From a bacterium (lineage in GTDB: Bacteria > Eisenbacteria > RBG-16-71-46): a DNA stretch of 64,000 bases. Position 1 is the first letter of the stretch; every line of letters starts with the position of its first letter. The position numbers and the translations under genes were made by a program. Under the pieces are notes generated by a model that ran no database searches, had not been told where the DNA came from, and worked only from the letters and a program-made list of their open reading frames with translations. Location of the stretch: the NCBI GenBank assembly GCA_031408715.1, contig JANNWR010000153.1:3674-67673 (forward strand), in the 5' to 3' direction. Below, piece after piece: positions 1 to 9,897 of this stretch.

Positions 1-1
1 G

Positions 2-460
2 GTGGCGATCGAACCCGGGCGCTTCGCGGTCGAAGCCGTACCCGAGACACTGGCCCGCACCACGCTCGGGCTCTGGCAGCCGGGCACGCCGGTCAATCTC
101 GAGCGCTCACTGCGGCTTTCCGACCGGCTGGGCGGGCATCTGGTCCAGGGGCACGTCGATGCCGTCGGTGAGGTCGCGCGGGTCGTGCCCGAGGGCGATG
201 GCCGGCGGATGACGCTGGTGCTGCCGCGTGAACTGCACCGTTTCGTCGCGCTCAAGGGCAGCCTGTCGGTCGATGGCGTCAGCCTGACCGTGGCCGGTCT
301 CACCGACGCGGGCTGCGAAATCGCGTACATTCCCCACACACTCGCGAACACCACGGCTGGTGACTACCAGCCCGGCACGCGAGTGAATCTCGAAGTGGAC
401 CTGTTGGCCCGATATCTCGAGCGCATGCTCGAGACCACGGGAGAGGAAGCCGGATCGTGA
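2..460 (+). CDS. ribE: riboflavin synthase (alpha chain), 5'-truncated by window edge
   Basis: ORF 2..460 runs off the 5' edge. The translation shows lumazine-binding barrel motifs ([20 protein letters not shown]). It is followed by ribBA-ribH-nusB. Confidence 0.85.
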   Translation: MAIEPGRFAVEAVPETLARTTLGLWQPGTPVNLERSLRLSDRLGGHLVQGHVDAVGEVARVVPEGDGRRMTLVLPRELHRFVALKGSLSVDGVSLTVAGLTDAGCEIAYIPHTLANTTAGDYQPGTRVNLEVDLLARYLERMLETTGEEAGS

Positions 461-1830
461 CCCCCGTGAAGAGTCCCGCACGCCCTCGCCGCACCCGCCC
501 GAGCGCTCCGCGCCGGAAGGCGACAGCCCGCCGGCCTGTTGCTGCCGCGGCCCCGCACACGAACGGCAAGCGTCCGCCCATGGCGCGACGCAGCAGCGCA
601 TCGGTCGATCACGACTCGGTCATGATCGGGGTCGAGGAAGCACTGCTGCGCATCGCCGCCGGCGACATGCTGATCGTCGTCGATGACGAGGACCGCGAGA
701 ACGAAGGCGACCTGGTGTTCGCGGCCGAGAAGGCCACGCCCGCCAAGGTGAACTTCCTGCTCAAGCACGGCCGCGGCATCCTGTGCGCGCCGATGGCACC
801 GGAGATCTCGGACCATCTCGGTTTGAAGCCCCTGGTCTCGGACAACACCAGCAAGTACGGCACGCCATTCACGGAGTCGGTCGATGCGAAGCGCGGCACG
901 ACCACCGGTGTCTCGGCATTCGATCGTACGCGCACATTGCTCGCGCTCGCGAAGCCGCGCGCCGCGGGCACCGACTTCGTGCGGCCCGGGCACGTCTTTC
1001 CGCTCCGCGCCGTGCCGGGTGGCGTGTTGCGCCGTGCCGGCCATAGCGAAGCGGTGCCGGACCTGTGCCGGCTCGCCGGGTTGCGGCCCGTCGGCGTACT
1101 GTGCGAGGTGCTGGCCGAGGACGGGCACATGATGCGGCTGCCCGAGCTCAAGCGCTTCGCCGCCGAGAACGGGCTCGGGATCCTGACCATCCGTGCGCTC
1201 ATCGAATGGCGCCGGCAGCGCGAACAACTCGTGCGTCCGCTGCTGCAGGTGCCTCTGCCGACCGCGGAAGGCGAGTTCCAGCTGCATCTCTATGAGAGTG
1301 TTCTCGACGGCGACCACCACATCGCGCTCGTCAAGGGCCGCATCAGTGCGAGCAAGCCGGCGCTCGTGCGCGTGCACTCGCAGTGCCTGACGGGCGATGT
1401 GTTCGGCTCGCAGCGCTGCGACTGCGGCTCCCAGTTGCACGCCGCGTTGCGCGCGATCGCCCAGCGCGGTTCGGGCGTGCTGCTGTACCTGCGGCAGGAG
1501 GGCCGCGGGATCGGGCTCGAGAACAAGCTGCGCGCCTACCAGCTGCAGGACAAGGGCTATGACACGGTGACCGCGAACCTGAAGCTCGGTTTCGCCGCCG
1601 ACCTGCGCGATTACGGCATCGGTGCGCAGATCCTCGCGGATCTTGGGGTGCGCCGCATCGACCTGCTCACGAACAATCCGCGCAAGGTGGTCGGTCTCGA
1701 AGCGTATGGCCTGACGATCGAGAAGCGGGTCGCCGTCCAGATCAAGCCGAACAAGTACAACCGGCGCTATCTGTCGACCAAGCGCGATAAGCTCGGCCAC
1801 CTGCTGGACCTCGCGAAGGAGGACGCTTGA
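457..1830 (+). CDS. ribBA: bifunctional 3,4-dihydroxy-2-butanone-4-phosphate synthase / GTP cyclohydrolase II
   Basis: The N-terminal half has DHBP-synthase motifs ([26 protein letters not shown]). The C-terminal half has GCH-II motifs ([29 protein letters not shown]). GTG 457 overlaps the ribE stop (GTGA). An in-frame ATG at 580 would drop a 41-aa Arg/Pro/Ala-rich leader, so the true start is uncertain. Confidence 0.9.
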   Translation: MTPVKSPARPRRTRPSAPRRKATARRPVAAAAPHTNGKRPPMARRSSASVDHDSVMIGVEEALLRIAAGDMLIVVDDEDRENEGDLVFAAEKATPAKVNFLLKHGRGILCAPMAPEISDHLGLKPLVSDNTSKYGTPFTESVDAKRGTTTGVSAFDRTRTLLALAKPRAAGTDFVRPGHVFPLRAVPGGVLRRAGHSEAVPDLCRLAGLRPVGVLCEVLAEDGHMMRLPELKRFAAENGLGILTIRALIEWRRQREQLVRPLLQVPLPTAEGEFQLHLYESVLDGDHHIALVKGRISASKPALVRVHSQCLTGDVFGSQRCDCGSQLHAALRAIAQRGSGVLLYLRQEGRGIGLENKLRAYQLQDKGYDTVTANLKLGFAADLRDYGIGAQILADLGVRRIDLLTNNPRKVVGLEAYGLTIEKRVAVQIKPNKYNRRYLSTKRDKLGHLLDLAKEDA

Positions 1831-2279
1831 CCGCCTCGGCATCGCGCTTCGCCATCATCGCCGCGCGCTGGAACGAACAGTACGTGCAGCGCATGGTCGA
1901 CGCCGCGCTCGAGACGCTCAAGCGGCAGGGTGTGCCCGACGAGCACGTCACGCTGACCTGGGTGCCGGGGAGCCATGAACTTCCGGTCGCGGCCGCGTGG
2001 GCCGCGGACTCGGGACGCGCCGATGCCGTGCTGGCGTTCGGCGTCGTCATCAAGGGCGAGACCGAGCACTTCCGGCTCGTCTCGGATGGTGCCATGCAGG
2101 GCCTGCAGCGCGTCGCGCTCGATACCGGCGTGCCCGTGCTGAACGGCGTGTTGTCGGTGTACGACGCCGCGCAGGCGGACGCCCGAACGGGCGGCACGCA
2201 CGGCAATACCGGTTCGCAAGTGGCACTGGCCGCGCTGACGATGGCCAAGCTGTACACCGAGCAGCGGGGGGACTCATGA
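1827..2279 (+). CDS. ribH: 6,7-dimethyl-8-ribityllumazine synthase
   Basis: The 150-aa ORF has lumazine synthase motifs ([28 protein letters not shown]). The TTG start overlaps the ribBA stop (TTGA). Confidence 0.9.
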   Translation: MTASASRFAIIAARWNEQYVQRMVDAALETLKRQGVPDEHVTLTWVPGSHELPVAAAWAADSGRADAVLAFGVVIKGETEHFRLVSDGAMQGLQRVALDTGVPVLNGVLSVYDAAQADARTGGTHGNTGSQVALAALTMAKLYTEQRGDS

Positions 2280-2713
2280 ACGCTCCGACCGGGGCCCGGC
2301 GGCGGGCACGTGAAGTGGCCTTCCGGGTCGCGTACCAGGCCGACATCGCCGGCGACTCCTATCCGGTGGCGTGGGAGCTCCGGAAGGAACAAGAAGAGGA
2401 GAAGCTCAACTCCGACCAACTCGAGCTCATCGGCGACATGGTCGCCGCGCTCGAGGCCCGGGGGCCGGAGATCGACAGCGCACTGCAGTCCGCGCTCGAC
2501 GATCGCTGGACCATCGCGCGACTCGCCGCGACCGATCGCGCGGTGTTGCGCGTCGGGGTGGCGGAGCTCATGAGCCGGCCGGGCTCTCCGGCACGCGTCG
2601 TCATCGACGAGGCCATCGAGATCGCACGCACCTATGGCAGCGAGGAGTCCGGCCGGTTCGTGAACGGCGTACTCGACAAGGCCGCACGCGCCCAGCGTCC
2701 CGGCGAGTTCTGA
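2276..2713 (+). CDS. nusB: transcription antitermination factor NusB
   Basis: The in-frame ATG at 2276 overlaps the ribH stop (ATGA). The sequence RRRAREVAFRVAYQADI...DRAVLRVGVAELM...VIDEAIEIARTYG...FVNGVLD matches NusB. ribH-nusB is a conserved gene pair. Confidence 0.85.
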   Translation: MNAPTGARRRAREVAFRVAYQADIAGDSYPVAWELRKEQEEEKLNSDQLELIGDMVAALEARGPEIDSALQSALDDRWTIARLAATDRAVLRVGVAELMSRPGSPARVVIDEAIEIARTYGSEESGRFVNGVLDKAARAQRPGEF

Positions 2714-3438
2714 TGCTGCACGCGCTCGTCAGTGACATTCACGCGAACCTCGAGGCGCTCGATTCCGTGCTCGCCGATATCGAACGGCGGGGCGCGGACG
2801 ACATCGCGTGCCTCGGGGATTTCGTCGGCTATGGCGCCTCGCCGAACGAGTGCATGGCGCGGCTGCGTCCGCACATCGAGCTCGCCGTGCTCGGCAACCA
2901 CGATCAGGCTGCCATCGATTCCACCGTGCTCGTCGACTTCAATCCGGATGCCGCTGCCGCGGCGCGCTGGACCGGCCGGCAACTCCAGCCCGAGAACGCG
3001 GCGTGGCTGGCGGCCCTGCCGTACTCGGTGGTCTGGCATGGCGCCCGGCTGGTGCACGCCGCTCCGGCCGATCCCGAGGCCTGGGACTACGTGCTGTCGC
3101 CCTATGCCGCGGAGACCGAGATGGCACACTGCGCCGAGCCGGTGTGCTTCGTGGGCCACTCTCATGTGCCGTGCACGTTCGAGCTGCAGGGCGAACGCGC
3201 GACCGTCTTTCGCGATCCGCTGGTGCAGGGTAGCCGTCATCGGCGTTACTTGATCGTGGTGCCGAGTGTGGGGCAGCCGCGCGATGGCGATCCGCGCGCG
3301 GGGTATCTGCTGTGGGACGATCAGGCATGGACGTTCGAGCACGTGCGGCTGGCTTACGATCTCGAGGGCGCACAGACGCGCATTCTTGGCGCCGGCCTGC
3401 CGCCCTCGCTCGCGAACCGCCTGCGCTGGGGCGAATAG
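2713..3438 (+). CDS. metallophosphoesterase family protein (calcineurin-like, YfcE/MJ0936 type)
   Basis: ATG 2713 shares 1 nt with the nusB stop (TGATG). Motifs SDIHAN, GDFVGYG, GNHD and GHSH are the metal-binding signature of this family. Confidence 0.75.
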   Translation: MLHALVSDIHANLEALDSVLADIERRGADDIACLGDFVGYGASPNECMARLRPHIELAVLGNHDQAAIDSTVLVDFNPDAAAAARWTGRQLQPENAAWLAALPYSVVWHGARLVHAAPADPEAWDYVLSPYAAETEMAHCAEPVCFVGHSHVPCTFELQGERATVFRDPLVQGSRHRRYLIVVPSVGQPRDGDPRAGYLLWDDQAWTFEHVRLAYDLEGAQTRILGAGLPPSLANRLRWGE

Positions 3439-3449
3439 GGGGAATCCGG

Positions 3450-4226
3450 ATGGCTCGTGTCTCGACACTCGATCACTGGGAGTCCTATTGGAAGGGACAC
3501 CAGCAGGATATCGACGACACCTACTCCACGGGCGGACGGCTCGTGCGCGAGGTGCTGGCGGATGGTCCCGTGGCAGGCAAGCTCGTGATGGAGATCGGTG
3601 CCGGTTCCGGCCGTGACCTCCTGGAGCTCGCCCGCATGGGCGCGCATGGCATCGTGCTCGATTATTCGCCGGCGTCGCTCGCGCTCGTGAAGCAGCAGTC
3701 GGTCGCACAGGGCATCCCGGTGATGTTCGTGCAGGCGGACGCGACGCGCATGCCGTTCCGCGATGGCGCGATCGACGTGTCGTTCCATCAGGGATTGCTC
3801 GAGCACTTCCGGGATCCGCGGCCGCTGCTGGCCGAGAACGCCCGCATCACCCGTTCGGGTGGGCGGGTGCTGGTCGACGTGCCGCAGACGTTTCACCTTT
3901 ATACCGTCATGAAGAACGTTCTCATCCTGGTGAACCGCTGGTTCGCAGGCTGGGAGACCCAGTTCACGGTGTCCCAACTGGAACGCCTCGTGTCCGAGTC
4001 CGGCCTCGAGGTGAAGCGCACCTATGGCGACTGGATGGTGCCGGGATTGTGGTATCGCGTCGTGCGCGAGGTGCTGAAGCGCGGATTCCAGCTCCGACTG
4101 CCGCTACATCCCGCCGGTCCCGGGTTCTGGGCGCGTGGCTGGGAGGGCTGGCGCGGCTGGCTGCGCGCTCAGCGTTGGGCGCTCAACACCTGTCACGTCA
4201 TCGGCACTGTGGGCCGGCGCCGGTGA
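3450..4226 (+). CDS. class I SAM-dependent methyltransferase
   Basis: Start is ATG 3450 inside ORF 3312..4226. SAM motif I is VMEIGAGSGRDLLELA, followed by the post-I acidic residue (VLDYS) and FHQGLLEHF. Confidence 0.75.
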   Translation: MARVSTLDHWESYWKGHQQDIDDTYSTGGRLVREVLADGPVAGKLVMEIGAGSGRDLLELARMGAHGIVLDYSPASLALVKQQSVAQGIPVMFVQADATRMPFRDGAIDVSFHQGLLEHFRDPRPLLAENARITRSGGRVLVDVPQTFHLYTVMKNVLILVNRWFAGWETQFTVSQLERLVSESGLEVKRTYGDWMVPGLWYRVVREVLKRGFQLRLPLHPAGPGFWARGWEGWRGWLRAQRWALNTCHVIGTVGRRR

Positions 4227-4237
4227 GGCGCTGAGCG

Positions 4238-5350
4238 GTGCATCTGCTCGCCATCAACTTCCGCGACCCGGGCCATCCCGAGGCGGGCGGGGCCGAACTG
4301 CACCTGGAACACGTGCTCTTGGACGCCGTGCGCCGAGGCTGGCGCGTGACCTGGCTGGCGAGCGGGTTCCCGCTCGGGGCGGCCGAGAGCGAGCACCGGG
4401 GCATGCGAGTGCTGCGCCGCGGCACCTGGTGGAACTTCAACTTCATGGTGCCGGGTGTGCTGAAACGGGAGTTCGCGGGTGCGGCCACCCCCGACCTCAT
4501 CGTCGAGGACGTCAACAAGGTGCCGTGCTTCACGCCGTGGTTCACACGCGTGCCGGTGGCCGTGATCATCCCGCACCTGTTCGGGACCACCGTGTTCCGC
4601 GAAGCCAACCCGCTCGTCGCGGCCTATGTGCTCGCGCTCGAGGCACTGTTGCCGTTCGCTTACGCGCGCTGCCGGTTCGTGGTCATCTCGGACAGCACGC
4701 GTGACGATGTGGTGATGCGCGGTATCCCGCGCGAGCGTGTGCGGGTGGTGGAGTGCGGGCTCGATCACGCTCGCTACCGCACCGACGCCAGCGTGGCGAA
4801 AGCCGCGCGGCCGACGCTGGCGTTCGTGGGCCGGCTGCGGCGCTACAAGGGACTCGACTGGGTCCTGCGTGCGCTGCCGGGTGTGCTGGCGCGTGTGCCG
4901 GACGCCCGGTTGCTGGTCATCGGCGACGGGCCCTACGGTGACACGCTGCGCGCGCAAGTGGTGCAGAGCCGGCTGGCGAACGCGGTCGAGTTCCTGGGCT
5001 TCGTGCCCGGAGCCGAGAAAGTGAAGCATCTGCAGTCCGCGTGGGCCGTGGTTCAGCCGAGCCCCAAGGAAGGCTGGGGGCTCACCGTGGTCGAGGCGTC
5101 GGCGTGTGGCACCGCCGTGGTGGCGAGTGACGCGCCGGGGCTGCGCGACTCGGTGCGCCGCGACGAGACCGGATTACTGGTGCCCTACGGCGACACCTCG
5201 TCGCTCATCGAGGCGCTCGTGCGCATTCTCACCGACACATCGCTGCGGCAGCGCATGGAATCCGCCGGAGTGCAGTGGGCGGCGCGCTTCCGTTGGGACG
5301 ACTGTGGCAGGCGCACCATCGATGGCCTCACGGGCGAGGGGGCGAGATGA
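4238..5350 (+). CDS. glycosyltransferase, GT-B fold (GT4 family-like)
   Basis: GTG start. The C-terminal half carries the GT4 signature KEGWGLTVVEASACGTAVVASDAPGLRDSV...GLLVP. Confidence 0.8.
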   Translation: MHLLAINFRDPGHPEAGGAELHLEHVLLDAVRRGWRVTWLASGFPLGAAESEHRGMRVLRRGTWWNFNFMVPGVLKREFAGAATPDLIVEDVNKVPCFTPWFTRVPVAVIIPHLFGTTVFREANPLVAAYVLALEALLPFAYARCRFVVISDSTRDDVVMRGIPRERVRVVECGLDHARYRTDASVAKAARPTLAFVGRLRRYKGLDWVLRALPGVLARVPDARLLVIGDGPYGDTLRAQVVQSRLANAVEFLGFVPGAEKVKHLQSAWAVVQPSPKEGWGLTVVEASACGTAVVASDAPGLRDSVRRDETGLLVPYGDTSSLIEALVRILTDTSLRQRMESAGVQWAARFRWDDCGRRTIDGLTGEGAR

Positions 5351-6342
5351 GTGCCGTGAAATCCCCGAAGACCGTCGCACTGCTGGCGCTCAAGGTACTC
5401 GTGAGCGTGGCGCTGTTCTGGTGGTTGTTCCACCGCCTGCAGTGGTCGACGATCGCACCCGTGCTCGGCCACGCCGATCCGGCATGGGTGAGCGCGGCCG
5501 CCGTGTTGTTGCTCGCGAGCCACCTGCTCGCCTCGTGGCAGTGGGGCCGCCTGCTCGATGCGGCCGGGATCGACCTGCCGTTCTGGAAGGTCGCGTCCTA
5601 CTACTATGTCGGACTGTTCTTCAACAACTTCCTGCCGGCGAACGTCGGGGGGGACCTGGCGCGCACGCTCGACGCGTCGCGGGCCGGCTCGACGCGTCCC
5701 ACCGCGCTCAGCACCGTGTTGCTCGACCGCCTGATCGGCACGGTGGCGCTCGGCGCGATCGCCGTGTTCACCACGCTGCCGGCGATCGACCACTTCCATC
5801 TGGCCGCCGCGTACGCGGGCGTGGTGGCGTTCTTCGCGCTCGCGGTGCTCATGTTGCGCGCCGTGCTCGAGCCGCGGGTGCTGGCCGCGCTGGAGCGTCT
5901 GCTCGCCCGGGTGGGTCTGGCGCGCATGAGTCCGGCGTTGGACGAGCTGTCCGGGCGCCTGGCGGCGTTTCGCGGGCGGCGCCGGTTGCTGTTCGAGCTG
6001 CTCGGTGTCGCGCTGATCGTCCAGGTCATGCGTATCGGTGTCCATGTCTTGTTCAGCCGCGCACTGGGGCTGCACATCGACACCGCCTACTTCTTCCTTT
6101 TCGTGCCGCTGCTGGCGGTGATAGTCTCCCTGCCCATCTCATTGAATGGCATCGGGGTACGTGAAGGGGCCGGGATCGTGTTGTTCGGCCTCGTGGGGCT
6201 CGACCGCACGAACGCGTTCGCGCTCCAGTTCGGCACGTATCTCGTCGCTTTCGGGGTCAGCTTGATCGGCGGGGTGGTATTCCTGGCGCGAATCCCCAGC
6301 CGCCGGGCCCAATCCCGTCATCCACGGAGGTCCACCGAATGA
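5347..6342 (+). CDS. UPF0104 / LPG-synthase-TM (MprF flippase-domain-like) membrane protein
   Basis: ATG 5347 overlaps the upstream stop (ATGA). The protein is polytopic and hydrophobic. It has the FFNNFLPANVGGDLAR motif typical of this 'flippase-like' family. Confidence 0.7.
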   Translation: MSAVKSPKTVALLALKVLVSVALFWWLFHRLQWSTIAPVLGHADPAWVSAAAVLLLASHLLASWQWGRLLDAAGIDLPFWKVASYYYVGLFFNNFLPANVGGDLARTLDASRAGSTRPTALSTVLLDRLIGTVALGAIAVFTTLPAIDHFHLAAAYAGVVAFFALAVLMLRAVLEPRVLAALERLLARVGLARMSPALDELSGRLAAFRGRRRLLFELLGVALIVQVMRIGVHVLFSRALGLHIDTAYFFLFVPLLAVIVSLPISLNGIGVREGAGIVLFGLVGLDRTNAFALQFGTYLVAFGVSLIGGVVFLARIPSRRAQSRHPRRSTE

Positions 6343-8936
6343 TCCCGACCCAGCGCTCTGCGGCGCTGATCTCGGTGTTCGTGCTGCTGTTCGCCGCCAC
6401 CGTCTACTTCCTCACGCTCACGCCGACCGTGCCGTTCTGGGATTCCGGCGAGTTCATCGCGGTCGCCACGATCCTCGGCATCCCGCACCCGCCGGGCACT
6501 CCTTTCTATGTGCTGCTGGCGCGCATCGCGACGCTGGTGCCGTGGGCGAGTATCGCGCAACGCGTCAATGCGCTGTCGGCCGTGGCCGCCGCGCTCACCG
6601 TGTGGCTCACCTACCTGAGCACGCTGCGCTTGATCCGGGTGGCGCAGGGCGACGACCGCAAGCCGTGGCAGGAGTGGGTGGCCGTGCTGGCCGCCGCCGT
6701 CGGTGCGCTCCTGCTCGCGTTCTCGGATGCGTTCTGGGGGAACTCGGTCGAGGCCGAGGTCTACCAGCTCATGAGCCTCGCACAGATCCTCGTGTTCTGG
6801 CTCGGGCTCAAGTGGTGGGAGGCGCACGGCAGCAAGCCCAGCGTCGGTCCGCTGCTGGTCGCGACCTACGTCATGTGGCTGTGCGTCGGGCTGCACCTCG
6901 GCGTCGGCATCATGGGCCTGCCGCTGTTCGTGTTCCTGCTGTTCGTCGATCGCACCATCGCGCTGCTGTTCCTGATGCCGTTCCTGTCGCTGCTGCGCGT
7001 TCCGGCCGGCCTCGAGAAGATGGCCGGTGCGGTCATCATGCTGAGCCTGGCGACCGCCGCCGGCATGGTGTGGAAGAAGAAGCTCAACGGCTGGGTCGTG
7101 CTGGGCGCGGCCGCACTCGCGCTGCCCGGGCTGCAGGCCTCGTTCTCGGACGCCAACTTCTCGATGCAGACGGCGATCCTGACGACGCTCGCGGTCATCG
7201 GGCCGATGGTGTGGCTGGCGCGCGGTCACCGCGAGGGGCGCGTGCTGTTGCTGTCGCTGTTCCTCATGGTGGCGGGCTATTCGACGCATCTCTACCTGCC
7301 GATCCGGGCCGCACAGCACCCGGCCGTGAACGAGGGCGCGCCTGCGACGTGGGACAAGATGCGCGACCTCCTGGAGCGCAAGCAGTACGGCGAGATGAAC
7401 CCGCTCGTGCGGCGAGCGCCCTTGATGGCACAGCTCGACAAGGAGTTCTGGCGCTACTTCCAGCGCCAGTGGCCGCTGTTCCCGACGAACCGGCTGTGGG
7501 GCGCGCTGCTGCCCATCGCACTCGGCCTGGCGGGCGGCTTCTGGCAGTTCCGCCGTGAGAAGAAGTCGTTCCTGCTGACGTTCACATTCCTCGGGCTCTC
7601 GACCGTTGGCATGATCGTGTTCTTGAACTTCACGGACCACGAGGTGCGCGACCGCGACTACTTCTTCCAGAGCGGATTCCACGCGTACTCGATGTGGATC
7701 GGACTGGGCGTGGCGTGGCTCATCCACTGGGTGCGCGAGTCGTTCGAGGGCAAGGACGCGCAGCGCATGGCCACGCTCGGCATCTCGGCGTTGCTCGGTA
7801 CCATGCCGGTGCTGCTCTTGGTGAACCTGTATCACACGCACGATCGCAGCCAGAACTACATCGCCCGCGACTACGCCTACAACATGCTGGCGAACCTGAA
7901 GCCGAACTCGTTCATGTTCACGAACGGCGACAACGACACGTTCCCGCTGTGGTACATCCAGCAGGTCGAGGGCTTCCGCAAGGACGTCCGCATCGTGAAC
8001 CTGTCGCTGCTCAACACCGACTGGTACATCCGCCAGCTGCGTGACGAAGAGCCCAAGGTGCCGATCACGCTCGACGACCGCACCATCGACATGCTCGGCG
8101 CCGGAGCGTTCCAGGACGAGAAGGGCAACATCACCTACACGAACGAGTTCATGGTCCACCATGTCCTCGAGCAGGCGCGCCGCGATTCCGGCTGGGTCAA
8201 GCAGCCGTACTTCGCAGTCACCGTGCCGCAGGACTTCGGCTACGGCGGTTCGTTCCGTCAGGAGGGCATCGTGCAGCAGGTCATGCACGACAGCACGCTC
8301 GCCGGCTTCGACGAGCCCGCGACGCACAAGGCGCTCTACGAGACCTACCAGTATCGCGGCCTGTTCAACCCCGACGGCTCGCTGGAGCCCAAGGTGTACA
8401 AGGATGACAACGCCCAGAACCTGTCGCGCAACTACGCCTTCGCGCACATGCAGCTGGCGCAGCATTACCGCCGCATCAAGGACTACCCCAAGGCCATCGC
8501 CGAGATGGAGCGCGTCACGCGCATGTTCCCCGACTGGGTCGAGATCCAGGCCCCGCTGGGCGGCATCTACCTGGCCGCGGGCGACAGTGCGAAGGCATGG
8601 GAGTTCTACGACGGACTGACCAAGCGCGCGCCGGGCAGCGCCGAGGCGCACTACTACCGGGGCGCCGCGCTCGGCTATCGCGGCAAGCCCGAGGAGGCGG
8701 TCGAGGAGTTCCGCCTGAGCCGCAAGCTCGACCCGAACTACGGCTATCCCTACTTCGACGAGTTCGGCACGCTGTGGGACATGGGACGGCGTGAGGAGGC
8801 GGTGCAGGTCCTGCAACTCTGGGTCGACCGCCATCCCAACGACGCTCAAGCCGCAGCCCAGTTGCAGGACGCGCGCGCCCGGCTCGGCATGGGCTCCGGC
8901 GGCTTCGGCTCTCCACCCGTGACCCGGCCCCGCTGA
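6339..8936 (+). CDS. DUF2723 (TMEM260-type) GT-C-like polytopic membrane protein with C-terminal TPR domain
   Basis: ATG 6339 overlaps the upstream stop. The N-terminus TVPFWDSGEFIAVATILGIPHPPGTPFY is the hallmark DUF2723 start. There are many hydrophobic segments. The C-terminal ~250 aa are TPR-like (AEAHYYRGAALGYRGKPEEAVEEFRLSRKLDPNY). Confidence 0.75.
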   Translation: MIPTQRSAALISVFVLLFAATVYFLTLTPTVPFWDSGEFIAVATILGIPHPPGTPFYVLLARIATLVPWASIAQRVNALSAVAAALTVWLTYLSTLRLIRVAQGDDRKPWQEWVAVLAAAVGALLLAFSDAFWGNSVEAEVYQLMSLAQILVFWLGLKWWEAHGSKPSVGPLLVATYVMWLCVGLHLGVGIMGLPLFVFLLFVDRTIALLFLMPFLSLLRVPAGLEKMAGAVIMLSLATAAGMVWKKKLNGWVVLGAAALALPGLQASFSDANFSMQTAILTTLAVIGPMVWLARGHREGRVLLLSLFLMVAGYSTHLYLPIRAAQHPAVNEGAPATWDKMRDLLERKQYGEMNPLVRRAPLMAQLDKEFWRYFQRQWPLFPTNRLWGALLPIALGLAGGFWQFRREKKSFLLTFTFLGLSTVGMIVFLNFTDHEVRDRDYFFQSGFHAYSMWIGLGVAWLIHWVRESFEGKDAQRMATLGISALLGTMPVLLLVNLYHTHDRSQNYIARDYAYNMLANLKPNSFMFTNGDNDTFPLWYIQQVEGFRKDVRIVNLSLLNTDWYIRQLRDEEPKVPITLDDRTIDMLGAGAFQDEKGNITYTNEFMVHHVLEQARRDSGWVKQPYFAVTVPQDFGYGGSFRQEGIVQQVMHDSTLAGFDEPATHKALYETYQYRGLFNPDGSLEPKVYKDDNAQNLSRNYAFAHMQLAQHYRRIKDYPKAIAEMERVTRMFPDWVEIQAPLGGIYLAAGDSAKAWEFYDGLTKRAPGSAEAHYYRGAALGYRGKPEEAVEEFRLSRKLDPNYGYPYFDEFGTLWDMGRREEAVQVLQLWVDRHPNDAQAAAQLQDARARLGMGSGGFGSPPVTRPR

Positions 8937-8946
8937 GCCCGCGATC

Positions 8947-9897
8947 ATGACCCACGCCCTCGTCACCGGCAGCGCCGGCTTCATCGGTTCGCATCTCACC
9001 GACCGCTTGCTCGCGGACGGTGTGCAAGTGACCGGAGTGGATGCGTTCACGGACTACTACGACCCGGCGCTCAAGCGCCGGAATCTGGAGTCCGCTCGCC
9101 GGCAGGCCGGCTTCACGCTGCTCGAACTCGATCTGGGCAGCGCCGATCTTGCCGCGTTGCCGGCGGTCGACGTGGTGTTCCATCAAGCAGCGCAGCCGGG
9201 TGTGCGCGCGTCGTGGGGCCGGGAGTTCGCGACGTATACGCAGCAGAACGTGTTCGCCACGCAACGACTGCTCGAACGCTACAAGGACACGCCGCTCGAG
9301 CGCTTCATCTATGCGTCATCGTCCAGCATCTATGGTGATGCCGAAAGCTATCCAACGTCCGAGAGTGTGCTGCCGCGGCCGTTCTCACCCTACGGCGTCA
9401 CCAAGCTGGCGGGGGAGCACTTGACGATGCTGTATGGACGCAACTTCGGGCTGCCGGTGACCGCGCTGCGCTACTTCACGGTCTACGGACCCCGGCAGCG
9501 CCCCGACATGGCGTTCCACCGGTTCTGCCGTGCGATGCTCGAGGGCGAGCCGATCACCGTCTACGGCGACGGCCGGCAGTCGCGCGATTTCACCTACGTC
9601 TCGGATGCCATCGAGGCGAACGTGCGCGCCTGGAAGCAGGCCGCGCCGCAGAGCGTCTACAACATCGGCGGGGGTTCGCAGGTCGAGGTCGTCGAGGTCA
9701 TCGCGCTGCTCGAGGCCAGCCTCGGAATCAAGGCACAGGTGAAGTTCGAGCCCCGCCCGCCCGGGGACCCGCTGCGCACGCGCGCCGATGCGACCCGGCT
9801 TGCCACCGATCTTGGCTACCGCACGACCGTGCCGATCCACGAGGGGCTGGCGTCCGAAGCCGAGTGGGCCCGCACGCTCTATGGCGGCGAGCGATGA
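8947..9897 (+). CDS. NAD-dependent sugar-nucleotide 4-epimerase (extended SDR; UDP-glucuronate/UDP-glucose 4-epimerase-like)
   Basis: It has a GSAGFIGSHL Rossmann motif. It also has the SSSSIYG and YGVTKLAGE (YxxxK) catalytic motifs. Confidence 0.85.
   Translation: MTHALVTGSAGFIGSHLTDRLLADGVQVTGVDAFTDYYDPALKRRNLESARRQAGFTLLELDLGSADLAALPAVDVVFHQAAQPGVRASWGREFATYTQQNVFATQRLLERYKDTPLERFIYASSSSIYGDAESYPTSESVLPRPFSPYGVTKLAGEHLTMLYGRNFGLPVTALRYFTVYGPRQRPDMAFHRFCRAMLEGEPITVYGDGRQSRDFTYVSDAIEANVRAWKQAAPQSVYNIGGGSQVEVVEVIALLEASLGIKAQVKFEPRPPGDPLRTRADATRLATDLGYRTTVPIHEGLASEAEWARTLYGGER

Noticed and set aside
457-579. A 41-aa Arg/Pro/Ala-rich N-terminal extension of RibBA might be a targeting or regulatory peptide.
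   Set aside because: It may simply reflect start-codon ambiguity between GTG 457 (overlapping the ribE stop) and ATG 580. It has no recognisable signal-peptide or TAT features, so it is not reported as a finding.
364-1842. A long antisense ORF (492 aa) lies opposite ribBA. Similar giants lie opposite real genes at 6318..9050, 11350..13839, 13521..15194, 19544..21736, 25902..27776, 36767..37915, 39369..41195, 45959..47515, 49433..50839 and 50951..52348.
   Set aside because: Their translations are Arg/Ala/Pro/Gly/His-rich with no motifs. The opposite strand in each case encodes a protein with clear family signatures. Long spurious antisense ORFs are expected in very GC-rich DNA, where stop codons are rare.
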